The notes beneath the pieces were generated by a model. That model searched no databases. It had not been told where the DNA came from and worked only from the letters and a program-made list of their open reading frames with translations. Shown here piece by piece: positions 19,531 through 29,633 of a stretch of DNA of 64,000 nt (within the stretch, counting starts at the first letter, position 1; each line of letters begins with the position of its first letter). The position numbers and the translations under genes are program-made. Source of the stretch: Desulfobulbaceae bacterium DB1 (GTDB taxonomy: Bacteria > Desulfobacterota > Desulfobulbia > Desulfobulbales > SURF-16); assembly GCA_001914235.1 (NCBI GenBank), contig MQUF01000006.1, positions 203,234 through 267,233 of the forward strand, in the 5' to 3' direction.

Positions 19531-21303
19531 ATGATTGTTCCCAACATAAAAACAAAAATGGTTGTCATGATCTGCATTTCCCTGCTGGGGCTCTTTATTG
19601 TCTTTTTGAACGCCAATAAAGCACTGAATGCAAACATCGAAATCAGTGCACGGGTCAAGAGTGAAAAATTTGTTATGGCCATGGATATAGAAAAACTCGG
19701 TGCCCAGTCCCGCAAGTTGTCAAATGATGTCGAAATCAGCGCCACCACGGAATCTCTTGACAGTCTGGAAACGGCAAAACAGGACAAAACCGTTCTTCAG
19801 AAACAGATTGATGATATTGTTGCGGTATCAAAAAATGAGGAAGTGAAAAACACCCTTAATGAAATGAAGAAACTGACTGATCAGGTTCTTGACGCCGGCA
19901 GGCGATGGGTTGAATTTTCCTTTGCGCAGAAGTATGCCGAATCATTTGCCGCGGAGGAAGAATTCAAGGCTCTGAAAAAAGAATATTTTACCCTGATAAG
20001 CTCTTTGCAGCAGATGGCCCGTTCCGATCTGGAGCAATCGCTGGATCAGATTCATTCGCTTTCCAAACAAAGTATTCGTATCAATCTCGTTATCTTTGCT
20101 GTCTCCGTGCCGATTGTCCTTTTTTTGTCGATCGTCACTGTTTTTTCCATTATCCGGCCATTGGCGAAAACTGTGGAGTTCGCCGAAAGGGTGGCGGAAG
20201 GAGATGTTTCCCACCAGCTTGATATCACGTCAAAGGACGAACTGGGCAGCATGAGCAGGGCCTTGAATGACATGGTGCGCAGCCTTGCCCAGAAAAGCGA
20301 GGTGGCTGAGTCCATCGCCCAGGGAGATCTGTGTTGCAATGTCCCGATAGCTTCCGAGCGCGACACGCTTGGCCATTCGTTGCAGAAAATGGTGGAAAAT
20401 CTTGCCGCGATGATTAAAAACGTGCAGAAAAATGCCATCCATCTTTCCACCGCCTCTGATTCCATGTCCGGTTTGTCGATGCATCTTGCCGCAGGGGCGG
20501 AAGAGATGAGTGCACAAACGAAAGATGCGACAAATTGTATCAACGATATCAATGTCCATGCTCGCAATGTCACCACCACTGCCCGGAAAATGTCCGAAAA
20601 TATGGCAATCATCGCCGAGACCACCGAGCGGATGTCGGCTGCCATCGTCCGGATAGGAGGCAATGCAAAGGATGGCGCCGAGATAACCGAGACGGCGTTG
20701 ACCATGTCCGATAAGGCGACGAAAACAATCCTCTCCCTGCACGATACGGCCATTGAAATCGGCAAGGTGACCACGGCCATTAATGAAATTACCGAGCAGA
20801 CCAAGCTTCTCGCCTTAAACGCCACCATCGAGGCCGCCCGGGCCGGCGATGCCGGCAAGGGCTTTGCCGTGGTTGCCGGAGAGGTCAAGGAGTTGGCCAA
20901 GCAGAGCGCGGCGGCGGCGGAAAATATAGCAGCACTCATCGGCCAGGTGCAGAACAACACCGGCGAGGCGGTGCATGTCATCGGCGATGTGGCGGAGACC
21001 ATTAAGAAGGTTAATCTCTCTTCTCTCCAGATCAATCAGGCGGTGGAAGAGCAGATTCGGGAGGCACAGGGCATGGCGGCCGGTGTGGCGGATGTCAATG
21101 AAGGGGCAAACAACATTGCCTCCGCCATCAGTGAGCTTGCCGGGAATGCCAACGATACCACGGCCAATATCAATGAGGTCAAGGCTGTTGTCGACAGCAG
21201 CACGGAAGGAATTCATAAAATTTCCGATGCCGCCGCGGAACTGGCGGAACTGGCCGGAAGACTTGAAGGGCTTGTCGGGGAATTTCACCTGGAGAAGGCA
21301 TGA
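19531..21303 (+). CDS. Methyl-accepting chemotaxis protein with HAMP domain
   Basis: ATG 19531 has a GGGAGA SD (the track start 19462 is too long). TM, ~170-aa periplasmic region, TM, HAMP ([19 protein letters not shown]), then [35 protein letters not shown]. Confidence 0.9.
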   Translation: MIVPNIKTKMVVMICISLLGLFIVFLNANKALNANIEISARVKSEKFVMAMDIEKLGAQSRKLSNDVEISATTESLDSLETAKQDKTVLQKQIDDIVAVSKNEEVKNTLNEMKKLTDQVLDAGRRWVEFSFAQKYAESFAAEEEFKALKKEYFTLISSLQQMARSDLEQSLDQIHSLSKQSIRINLVIFAVSVPIVLFLSIVTVFSIIRPLAKTVEFAERVAEGDVSHQLDITSKDELGSMSRALNDMVRSLAQKSEVAESIAQGDLCCNVPIASERDTLGHSLQKMVENLAAMIKNVQKNAIHLSTASDSMSGLSMHLAAGAEEMSAQTKDATNCINDINVHARNVTTTARKMSENMAIIAETTERMSAAIVRIGGNAKDGAEITETALTMSDKATKTILSLHDTAIEIGKVTTAINEITEQTKLLALNATIEAARAGDAGKGFAVVAGEVKELAKQSAAAAENIAALIGQVQNNTGEAVHVIGDVAETIKKVNLSSLQINQAVEEQIREAQGMAAGVADVNEGANNIASAISELAGNANDTTANINEVKAVVDSSTEGIHKISDAAAELAELAGRLEGLVGEFHLEKA

Positions 21304-21563
21304 TGCAGGAAATTCATATTACCGTTGATGGGATTGCGCTTGATTTTGAGACGGCAAAGAACATCGCGCTGGCCGTTGCGGAAAAAGAGGGTGATGAACC
21401 CATGCTGATTTCCTGGAATGACAGGGCACGCGATAAACATTCCCCCAGTTGCGTGAAATGCGAATTGCATGGCGCCCCGGGCTGGGAGGTTTATGGCCGC
21501 AACCATGGCGGCCGGGTGAGGATCAGTGTCAATAAGGATGATTATGTCTTTATTTACAGTTGA
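21300..21563 (+). CDS. Small hypothetical protein (87 aa) translationally coupled to the MCP
   Basis: The start overlaps the MCP stop (ATGA). Sequence: [20 protein letters not shown]...[20 protein letters not shown]. No family was assigned with confidence. Confidence 0.5.
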   Translation: MMQEIHITVDGIALDFETAKNIALAVAEKEGDEPMLISWNDRARDKHSPSCVKCELHGAPGWEVYGRNHGGRVRISVNKDDYVFIYS

Positions 21564-21593
21564 TCGTGCAACAGCAGCCGGCAGTCGGGAATC

Positions 21594-23522
21594 TCACCAA
21601 CCTTTTTTGTTGTTGCTGCGGATTTCCGACTTCATTGCCCTTTCCCTGATTGCCGCTTCCCTGATTTTGTTGCTGAAAACGATACGTTTGGCCGCCCAAT
21701 CAAGTTCCTCGAATTTTTTTTCCCCCGCCGTGCCTGTTGCCCGGATTTTGTACGTCCAACAGCCGTCCTCCTCTTGAAAGACCCGGCTTACCTCACCCTC
21801 GTGCAAACCGGCGAGCTCCCTGTCTTTTTCCTGGTTCATATCAAGATACCTGCGCGGCAGCAGGGATTGGAATTGCCTTGAACCGGCCTGGGAGAATTTT
21901 TTTGATATTAGGTCCATATTGCCGTCGGTAAGCATCAATTCCCGCGCCTCACGGCAGAGGTTTTCCTGGGCCTGTTTTTTTTCTGCGGAGTCGTAAGGAT
22001 GGATGTAGCGGAAGATGCCGTGCAGATCAAGCCGGAAGGGCGACATGACCGTATTTTGTTCGAGTTCCTTGAGTGCTGGGGGAATAATGGTTCGGCAGCT
22101 TTGATGAAAATCCTCAATCCTGGCTGAAATCCGCAGGTCGACTGCCTTATTCATTTCATTTTTTTTCACCCCGCGTATTTTTTGCAGGTTTCGAATGATA
22201 TGTTCCGTTGTCATGGTTTGTTGCGCGGCTTTTGATGTTGTCGCGCCGCAGCCGTTGTGGCGAGGAAAAACCATCTTTTTTCTATATGCGGCGGATTTGT
22301 CGTCTTGCCGCAGTAAATGGCCGAGACTGAAAAACGATATGCCGTCAAGTCCCAGCTCGGATATGTTCTCGGTTTCCCGAGCGATTTCTTCCGGAGATTT
22401 GATGTAGGCGCCGAGTCCGGCCCAGATGCGAACCGGGGTTGCGCCGCTTCTGTCCACAACATTTTCAAGTTGTCTCTTTACCCGTTCGGCGCCGCCGAAA
22501 TAGGCCATCGGCATGATTTCATCAACAATCCCCTCCTGCGCCCAGGTCAACCAGTCCTGGCCTTTGTCGAGATAGGCGGGAATCAGGTCCGGGAAAACAG
22601 CAGCGGAAAGCAAGGGGGTATGCGGGGATTGCCGCAAGGTGTTTTTAACCCGGCGGACAAGTTTTGTGACTTCACCCGCCCGCAGGTCGGCCCAGAGAAG
22701 TGCCGCTGTGGTGAGGAGTTCATCACCTGCGCTCAGTTGCCCCCGATACCATTTTTCAACGTCGGCTTCGTTTATTTTTTCCGGCAGCAGCCGGGGATCA
22801 AAGCCGTACGCATTTGTGAATTCATCGGCAATTTCCCCAAGGCCGAAGAAGGAGCCGGGGTAGCGGACAAAATCGAGATGAATGCCGGCAACCGGATATT
22901 GCTGTACAAGTTCCGCCACAACGGCGACAAAATAATCGCGGAAGCGGCTGGAGGAAGGGTCGGCATAGATGCCTTCAATCCAGTGTTGACTTTGTTCCAG
23001 TTCGCTGTAATCGGAAACCGATTTGCCGTTTCTGTCGGCAAGGAGCCAACCGTGGTCGGCGAGGGCCGGATGTTTTTTGTTTTTGGGCGGGGCCTGGCCG
23101 GACCAGAGATAATAAACGTTCAGCCATGCCTGGATGCGCTGGTCAGGGCACTGCTGCATCATCGCGGCCAGTGGATCGAAATCAGGCGGCGTCTGACTCA
23201 GTTCTTCGGCACGCGGAACAAGATCGCTCCGGTAATAGGCATCAGCTCTTCCCCTCACCTGGACGAGCAGGGTGGTGTAACCGGAGGCATGGGCTTCGGC
23301 GCAGATCTGCTTTATTTCCGCCTGGCTGTCCATGTGCCGGCGGACGACCCAGGCGGCAAGGTTTTTTTGCGGCGCCGCCTGCGGGGCACTGACGAGGAAC
23401 AGGGGCAGCCCGACAAGACAGACGAGGATGACGCGGCATATTCGATACGCATTCTTGACCTGCATAAACGCAAATGTTACCTTGTTTCTTTTTTGCAAAA
23501 GACTCATTTGCCTCATTTCCAT
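21594..23522 (-). CDS. GHL10-type (YngK-like) glycoside-hydrolase-like lipoprotein/secreted protein with a C-terminal parvulin-like segment
   Basis: Motifs AAWVVRRHMDS....I...AHASGYTTLLVQVRGRADAYYRS, IQAWLNVYY and AGIHLDFVRYPG. The C-terminal ~120 aa loosely resemble a PpiC rotamase domain. Confidence 0.65.
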   Translation of the reverse strand: MEMRQMSLLQKRNKVTFAFMQVKNAYRICRVILVCLVGLPLFLVSAPQAAPQKNLAAWVVRRHMDSQAEIKQICAEAHASGYTTLLVQVRGRADAYYRSDLVPRAEELSQTPPDFDPLAAMMQQCPDQRIQAWLNVYYLWSGQAPPKNKKHPALADHGWLLADRNGKSVSDYSELEQSQHWIEGIYADPSSSRFRDYFVAVVAELVQQYPVAGIHLDFVRYPGSFFGLGEIADEFTNAYGFDPRLLPEKINEADVEKWYRGQLSAGDELLTTAALLWADLRAGEVTKLVRRVKNTLRQSPHTPLLSAAVFPDLIPAYLDKGQDWLTWAQEGIVDEIMPMAYFGGAERVKRQLENVVDRSGATPVRIWAGLGAYIKSPEEIARETENISELGLDGISFFSLGHLLRQDDKSAAYRKKMVFPRHNGCGATTSKAAQQTMTTEHIIRNLQKIRGVKKNEMNKAVDLRISARIEDFHQSCRTIIPPALKELEQNTVMSPFRLDLHGIFRYIHPYDSAEKKQAQENLCREARELMLTDGNMDLISKKFSQAGSRQFQSLLPRRYLDMNQEKDRELAGLHEGEVSRVFQEEDGCWTYKIRATGTAGEKKFEELDWAAKRIVFSNKIREAAIRERAMKSEIRSNNKKGW

Positions 23523-23562
23523 GCTGCCGGGAAATCGCGGCTTTTATCATGAAAAAAGTCAC

Positions 23563-24366
23563 ATGAACATCATGAGAGAGATTACGATGAACGAGACCGA
23601 CAAACAAGACAAATCCTTTCCCGCGGGGATGGTTCCCCTGGGAAAGTCGAAGTTTTCCTTTTCCTGCCATCCCGGTGTGTCCTGTTTCATGAAGTGCTGC
23701 AGCAATGTTGATATGCTGCTGTACCCGTATGACATCATCGGGTTGAAAAAATTCCTGGGCATCCGTTCAGACCAGTTTCTGGAAAAATATGTGCAGGTGG
23801 TCAAAGGGGCAAATCCTTTTTTTCCTGCGTTGATGATGAAAATGACCTCAACCAATTCCTGTCCTTTTCTCGGTGCGGAAGGATGCACGGTTTATGAGCA
23901 GCGGCCGTTGTCATGCCGCATGTATCCGCTGGAAAGGGGGGTTGACCGCACGCCGGAGAAGGGCAGGGCCGCGGAGTTTTATTTCCTGACCCGTCATGAT
24001 TACTGCAAGGGACATGAGGAACAACAGGATTGGTCGGTAAAGGAATGGCTGCGCAGCCAGAATCTGCTGTTTCACAATGCCATGGCTGATCAGTGGGCGG
24101 AGATGGATACCCTGTTCGCGAAAAATCCCTGGGCGGGTGAAGGGGCGGCCGGCCCCATGCAGAAACTTGCCTTTTTGATCTGTTACAATATCGACGGCTT
24201 CAGGGATTATGTCGCGCATCACAATCTGCTCGACCTGTTCAAGATTTCGCCGAACCGGCTCCGTTCCATTGAAAATGATGATGAAGCCCTGTTGACCTTC
24301 GGCTTTGACTGGCTGAAGTTGCTGCTTGCCGGCATGCCGACTCTGCAGCCGAGAAAAAAAAGGTGA
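23563..24366 (+). CDS. YkgJ/UPF0153 family Cys-cluster protein
   Basis: Motifs FSCHPGVSCFMKCCS and NSCPFLGAEGCTVYEQRPLSCRMYP. The start was trimmed from track 23332 because that would overlap the divergent gene. Confidence 0.75.
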   Translation: MNIMREITMNETDKQDKSFPAGMVPLGKSKFSFSCHPGVSCFMKCCSNVDMLLYPYDIIGLKKFLGIRSDQFLEKYVQVVKGANPFFPALMMKMTSTNSCPFLGAEGCTVYEQRPLSCRMYPLERGVDRTPEKGRAAEFYFLTRHDYCKGHEEQQDWSVKEWLRSQNLLFHNAMADQWAEMDTLFAKNPWAGEGAAGPMQKLAFLICYNIDGFRDYVAHHNLLDLFKISPNRLRSIENDDEALLTFGFDWLKLLLAGMPTLQPRKKR

Positions 24367-24439
24367 GAAAATGAATCCGTCAAGACGGGGAAGAGCGGCG
24401 ATGTTCAACCGCTGCTTCTCCCCGCAGGCATTGCCTTTG

Positions 24440-25201
24440 TCAGCGAAAAATTTTCTGCAGGATTTCCGTTGTCCGTTTTGCCGGATTGGTGCGGATAGCA
24501 GCTTCTTCCCTGGCCAGATAGTAAAAAATGCCGTCAAGGCCTTTGTCAACCACATGGGCGGTGAGATCGGCCTTGACGTCGGGAACAAAGGGGATGGATT
24601 GGTATTTGGACATGACATTGTCGTATGATTTGACCGCCTCGGTCTCGGCCAGGCTTTCCGAGACCACGGGCGTCATTTCCTTTGTCAGCCGCGGGGTCAG
24701 TTTTTTCTGAAAATATCTGGTCGCGGCGTCTTTCGGGCCATTATAAATCGCCATGGCGTCGTCCATCGTCATCTCGCTGATGGCGCCCAGGAAAAGTTCT
24801 TTCGCCCTTGGCGTTGCGATCTCCGCCGCACGGTTGAGACGTGTTTCCAGGTCATCGACCATGGAGGACATGCCGATTTTTTTCAGGGCATCCTGGACGA
24901 CGCGCATTTTTTCCGGCAATGGTATGTGGATTTTAGGATCCAGGTTAAAGCCGTCCGGCCGTCCGAGCTTCCCCACCACGGTTTCGGAGCCCACCCGCAG
25001 GGCGTCCTTCAGTCCGGCGGTGACATCGCCTAAACTCGGCTGGGTGGCGGATGTTGTTTTTCCCGGCATGGAGTTCTGCAGGACATCAGCCCCTTTTTCC
25101 AGCCAGCCGGCCTGCAGGGAGGGAGGATTTGCCGGCACGAGAACCAGCTGGGCGGTGAGCAATGACAGAAAACAGATCGATGCGGATAATTCTCTTTTCA
25201 T
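24440..25201 (-). CDS. DUF4197-like secreted protein
   Basis: It has a signal peptide. The body is GLKDALRVG...AV..LG..DGF......I.LP........L...G........L....N.AAE.A.P.A...F, recalled as DUF4197. Confidence 0.6.
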   Translation of the reverse strand: MKRELSASICFLSLLTAQLVLVPANPPSLQAGWLEKGADVLQNSMPGKTTSATQPSLGDVTAGLKDALRVGSETVVGKLGRPDGFNLDPKIHIPLPEKMRVVQDALKKIGMSSMVDDLETRLNRAAEIATPRAKELFLGAISEMTMDDAMAIYNGPKDAATRYFQKKLTPRLTKEMTPVVSESLAETEAVKSYDNVMSKYQSIPFVPDVKADLTAHVVDKGLDGIFYYLAREEAAIRTNPAKRTTEILQKIFR

Positions 25202-25297
25202 GGGCTTTCTCCTTTGATTTGAGAGAGGGGGTCATGAAAATTATGGAAAGATCATTGCCGTTCTGTCAAGCAATATGAATTTCAGGAGGAAGGTGCC

Positions 25298-26020
25298 GTG
25301 GATGATCTTCGTCTTTATGAAGAAATAATCCGTTTCATGCACGAACGCAAGTCCGTCGCCCTGGCCACGGTGGTTGAGACGAGCGGGGCAACGCCCCGCA
25401 AGGCGGGAGCCAAGATGCTGGTTTCCGCGGACGGCTCCATTGCCGGAACCGTCGGCGGCGGCAGAATCGAGGCGGACACCATCGTCGCGGCGCTTGAGAG
25501 CCTGCAAACCGGCGAACCGCGTCTTCTGCGCTTTGCTGCCATCGAGGAAAGCGGCGCGACCTGCGGCGGCAACATGCGGGTCTATATCGAACCGATCAAC
25601 GCGGCACCCCGTCTGGTGGCGGTGGGATCAGGCCATGTGGCCAGGGCCGTGATGTGCGCGGGCGAGGCGGCGGGGTTTCAGGCACGTCTCGTCTCGCCCG
25701 GTCCTGAAATCGACAAAGAACTGCTTGCCCTTGCCGGGCACCGACAAAGCTTTATTTTTATCGCGACCAGTGATCACCGGCAGGATTTTGCCGCGGCCCT
25801 TGCCGCGCTGAAAACTCCGGCGCGATATGTTGCCGTGCTGGGAAGCCGCGGGAAACGCACGGCCATGGAGGCATATCTTGCCGCGCAGGGCCTTGACGCA
25901 GCAGAAATTTCCCGGATAATTTCACCGGCCGGTCTTGAGATCGGGGCGCAAACCCCGGAAGAAATCGCGGTCAGCGTTGTCGGTCAGATGGTACAGGTCC
26001 GGAGGTCGACAGGCGACTGA
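25298..26020 (+). CDS. XdhC/CoxI family accessory protein
   Basis: Motifs VALATVVETSGATPRKAGAKMLVSADGSIAGTVGGGRIEA and a Rossmann-like LVAVGSGHVARAV. GTG start with an AGGAGG SD. Confidence 0.8.
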   Translation: MDDLRLYEEIIRFMHERKSVALATVVETSGATPRKAGAKMLVSADGSIAGTVGGGRIEADTIVAALESLQTGEPRLLRFAAIEESGATCGGNMRVYIEPINAAPRLVAVGSGHVARAVMCAGEAAGFQARLVSPGPEIDKELLALAGHRQSFIFIATSDHRQDFAAALAALKTPARYVAVLGSRGKRTAMEAYLAAQGLDAAEISRIISPAGLEIGAQTPEEIAVSVVGQMVQVRRSTGD

Positions 26021-26040
26021 TAACTTGAGACACTTTAAGT

Positions 26041-26065
26041 ACTTGAAGTATTTCAGGCACTAAAA
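26041..26065. repeat. Solo copy of the 13.0-kb repeat arm
   Basis: The reverse complement TTTTAGTGCCTGAAATACTTCAAGT matches 13010-13034 at 24 of 25 positions. It lies between the convergent xdhC-like and dnaE stops. Confidence 0.6.
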
Positions 26066-26084
26066 CTATCGATTCATTTTTCGT

Positions 26085-29000
26085 TCACTGTCGCTTGCCG
26101 CCCCATTTACCGTTTTTCTTGGGGATCAGTTCCGCCTGTTTTTTCATGAAAAGGAGCCCCTTGTAGCCAAGCACGCTTTCCACCTCCCGGGCGAAATCCC
26201 CGCAGGGATTGATGGTGAGTTCTTCCGGGAGGTCGATGTCCGCCTCTCCCCGTTTGTTGAAATGAAGGGTCAGCGACACCGGGCAGGGGCCGTGGTGGCG
26301 GTGGATGGTTTTTTTCAGGTCTTCAAGTATCTTGCGGTTTACCCGATCGGAAATGAGCATGATTTTTGCCGCGGCGGTGAATTTTTTCAGGGCCTCGGAC
26401 AGTGTATCAATGGTGTCCGCCAGGATCTTTGCTCCGCCGCCTTCTTCCTCTTCCTTCTGCAGGACTCCCTGAATAACCAGGGGGGTATCGTCGACCAGCA
26501 CATGACCGAATTCGGCATAGGTCTGGGGGAAGACGATGACCTCAACCGAGCTGGACGTGTCTTCCAGGGTGATAAAGGACATGGGATCCCCTTTTTTGCT
26601 TTTCAGGTTTTTCCGGTTCTTGATCAGGCCGCCGATTCTGACCGCCGAACCGTCACTGCGCTGCATCAGGTCGGCGATCTCGGTATCAATAACCTGGCTG
26701 ATTTCTTTCCTGAAATCATCCAGCGGATGGCCGGTGATGTAAAAACCAACCGTTTCTTTTTCCGCGGCAAGCTTGTCTTTTTCATCCCATTCCGGGATGT
26801 CGGGAAAGGGGATATTGGTCGATTTTTCCTTGGCCTCGGTCGGCATGATGGAAAAAAGGGAAAGCTGTCCGCTTTCCTTGTCCCTCTGGGCGGCCTGGGC
26901 CTGTTCCATGGCCAGGTCAAGAACGGCGAAAAGCTGGGATCGTTTCGCGCCAAGGGAATCAAAGGCCCCTGCCTTGATCAGGCTCTCAATGACCCGGCGG
27001 TTGACCTTGCGGGAGTCGACCCTGGCGCAAAAGTCACCGAGGGATTTGAACGGCCCTTCCTTGCTCCGCTCTTCCATGATGGAATCAAGGGCCGCGCCGC
27101 CGACATTTTTTACCGCCGCAAGGCCGAAACGGATGCGGTCGTTGATGACGGTGAAATCCTGGTTGCTTTCATTGATGTCCGGCGGCAGGACATCGATTTC
27201 GTGTTCCTTGCACTCATTGATGTATTTGACCACCTTGTCGGTGTTGTTGACGTCGCAGGAAAGCAGCGCCGCCATGAACTGGGCCGGGTAATGGGCCTTG
27301 AGATACGCGGTCTGGTAGGAAATAAGGGCATAGGCGGCGCTGTGTGACTTGTTGAAGCCGTAGCCGGCGAACTTGGCCATCAGGTCGAAGATGTACTCGG
27401 CCTTGTCCAGGGGGACCTTGTTTTTCTCCGCCCCTTGCATGAACTTGCCCCGCTGTTCCTCCATCACCGCCGGGATCTTCTTACCCATGGCGCGGCGCAG
27501 GTTGTCTGCATCGCCCAGGGAGTAGGCGGCCAGGACATTGGCAATTTTCATTACCTGCTCCTGATAAACGATGACGCCATAGGTTTCTTTCAGGATCGGT
27601 TCCAGTTGGGGCAGGGGATAGGTGGCCACCATCTTGCCGTGCTTGGTGTTGACGAAGTCATCCACCATGCCGCTTTCGAGCGGTCCCGGCCGGTAGAGGG
27701 CAACCAGGGCGATGAGATCGGTGAACACCTCCGGCTTCATCTTCATCAGCAACTGGCGCATGCCTGAGCTTTCCAGCTGGAACACTCCCAGGGCATCGCC
27801 CTTGCAGAGCAGATCGTACGTTTTCGGATCATCCATGGGGATGGCGGCGATGTCAAGCGGTTCTTCCCGTTCCTCCTTGATCAGCTTCAGGGCGCGATTG
27901 ATAACAGTGAGCGTCTTCAGGCCGAGGAAGTCGAATTTGATGAGACCGGTCATCTCGGTGTACTTCATGTCGTACTGGGTGAGTACCTCGCCTTTCGGTC
28001 CCTTGCACACCGGCAGATATTCCACCATGGGCTCGGGCGAAATCACCACCCCGGCCGCATGGATGGAGGTGTGGCGCTGCAGACCCTCGAGCACCTTGGC
28101 GATGTCGATGAGTTGCCTGACCTGGTCATCGCGCTGATACAGGTCTTTTAAGCGCGGTTCCTGCTCCATTGCCTTTTTGATGGTCATTTTCAGCTCATCC
28201 GGCACCAGCTTGGCGATACGGTCGACATCGCCGAAAGGCATGGCCAGGGCCCGGCCCACATCGCGGATAACGCCCTTGGCCTTCATGGAACCATAGGTGA
28301 TGATCTGGGTGACATGGTCATCACCGCCATATTTTTCATGGACGTATTTGATGACCTCGCCGCGTCGTTCCTGGCAGAAATCAACATCAAAGTCCGGCAT
28401 GGATTTGCGTTCGACATTGAGAAAGCGTTCGAAGATGAGGCCATAAGGAATGGGGTCGATATCGGTGATGCGCATGCAGAAGGCCACCAGGCTGCCGGCG
28501 CCGGAGCCGCGCCCCGGTCCCACCGGGATATCATGGTTTTTGGCCCAGTTGATGAAGTCGGCCACGATGAGAAAATAGCCGGGAAATCCCATGGTCTTGA
28601 TGACGTCGATTTCCATGTCCAGCCGTTTGCGATAGGTTTTTTCAAGCTCCGCCCCGACCTCCTGCCTTTTTCGCAGTTCCCGCATCCTTTCCTTGAATCC
28701 CTGACGGGCGGTCTGGTCAAAGAGGGAATCAAGGGTTTCTCCTTCCGGTACCGGAAAGATGGGGAAATAATGGTTGCCGAAGGGGATTTCCAGATTGCAG
28801 CGGGCGGCCAGGGCCACGGTATTTTCGATGGCCTGCGGGCAATCGGCAAAGCGGCTCTTCATTTCCTGGGGGGATTTGAAAAAGAGTTCATCCGTGCTGA
28901 ACCTGAAGCGGCCGGCATCCATGATGGTCTTGCCCGTCTGGATGCAGAGCAGCAGCTCATGGGCCTTGTGTTCTTCCCGGTTGAGATAGTGGCAGTCATT

Positions 29001-29633
29001 GGTGGCGATCAGCGGGATGGAAAGCTCTCTGGAAAGCTGTTTCAGGCCGTTGTTGGCGATCCGTTGTTCCTCCATGCCGTTTTCCTGCAGCTCGAAATAG
29101 AGCCGGTCGCCGAAAATCGCGTAGAGCTCCCGGGCCTTTTCCCGGGCCAGATCGATATTTTTCTCAGTGGCAATCAGATAGGGAATTTCCCCGTGCAGGC
29201 AGGCGGTCATGGCAATGAGCCCTTCACTGTGGGCAATCATTGATTCTTTGTCGATGCGGGGTTTGTAATGGAAACCCTGGAGCTGGGCGATGGAGGCAAG
29301 TTTCAGCAGATTTTTGTAGCCGACGAGATCCATGGCAAGCAGCACGATGTGAAAGGCTGCCTTGCCCGCACTCTTCGCGCTTTTATCCCCGCGGGAACCA
29401 GGGGCGATGTAGAATTCGCAGCCGATGATCGGTTTGATGCCTGCCTTTCTCGCCTTGACGTAAAATTCCAGGGCACCGTACATGGAGCCGTGATCGGTGA
29501 TGGCCACCGTGTCCATGCCGAATTCCTTGCATTTGGCGAGCAGGTCGTCAAGCCGGATGGCGCCGTCCAGCAGGCTGTACTGGGTATGGACATGGAGGTG
29601 GACGAAGTTGGCGGGAATGGTTTCGCTGGTCAT
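26085..29633 (-). CDS. dnaE: DNA polymerase III alpha subunit
   Basis: PHP N-terminus FVHLHVHTQYSLLDGA with full-length collinear DnaE motifs. ATG 29633 (MTSETIPANF) is preferred. The track ORF extends to 29732 through a 9-nt repeat ladder. Confidence 0.95.
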   Translation of the reverse strand: MTSETIPANFVHLHVHTQYSLLDGAIRLDDLLAKCKEFGMDTVAITDHGSMYGALEFYVKARKAGIKPIIGCEFYIAPGSRGDKSAKSAGKAAFHIVLLAMDLVGYKNLLKLASIAQLQGFHYKPRIDKESMIAHSEGLIAMTACLHGEIPYLIATEKNIDLAREKARELYAIFGDRLYFELQENGMEEQRIANNGLKQLSRELSIPLIATNDCHYLNREEHKAHELLLCIQTGKTIMDAGRFRFSTDELFFKSPQEMKSRFADCPQAIENTVALAARCNLEIPFGNHYFPIFPVPEGETLDSLFDQTARQGFKERMRELRKRQEVGAELEKTYRKRLDMEIDVIKTMGFPGYFLIVADFINWAKNHDIPVGPGRGSGAGSLVAFCMRITDIDPIPYGLIFERFLNVERKSMPDFDVDFCQERRGEVIKYVHEKYGGDDHVTQIITYGSMKAKGVIRDVGRALAMPFGDVDRIAKLVPDELKMTIKKAMEQEPRLKDLYQRDDQVRQLIDIAKVLEGLQRHTSIHAAGVVISPEPMVEYLPVCKGPKGEVLTQYDMKYTEMTGLIKFDFLGLKTLTVINRALKLIKEEREEPLDIAAIPMDDPKTYDLLCKGDALGVFQLESSGMRQLLMKMKPEVFTDLIALVALYRPGPLESGMVDDFVNTKHGKMVATYPLPQLEPILKETYGVIVYQEQVMKIANVLAAYSLGDADNLRRAMGKKIPAVMEEQRGKFMQGAEKNKVPLDKAEYIFDLMAKFAGYGFNKSHSAAYALISYQTAYLKAHYPAQFMAALLSCDVNNTDKVVKYINECKEHEIDVLPPDINESNQDFTVINDRIRFGLAAVKNVGGAALDSIMEERSKEGPFKSLGDFCARVDSRKVNRRVIESLIKAGAFDSLGAKRSQLFAVLDLAMEQAQAAQRDKESGQLSLFSIMPTEAKEKSTNIPFPDIPEWDEKDKLAAEKETVGFYITGHPLDDFRKEISQVIDTEIADLMQRSDGSAVRIGGLIKNRKNLKSKKGDPMSFITLEDTSSSVEVIVFPQTYAEFGHVLVDDTPLVIQGVLQKEEEEGGGAKILADTIDTLSEALKKFTAAAKIMLISDRVNRKILEDLKKTIHRHHGPCPVSLTLHFNKRGEADIDLPEELTINPCGDFAREVESVLGYKGLLFMKKQAELIPKKNGKWGGKRQ

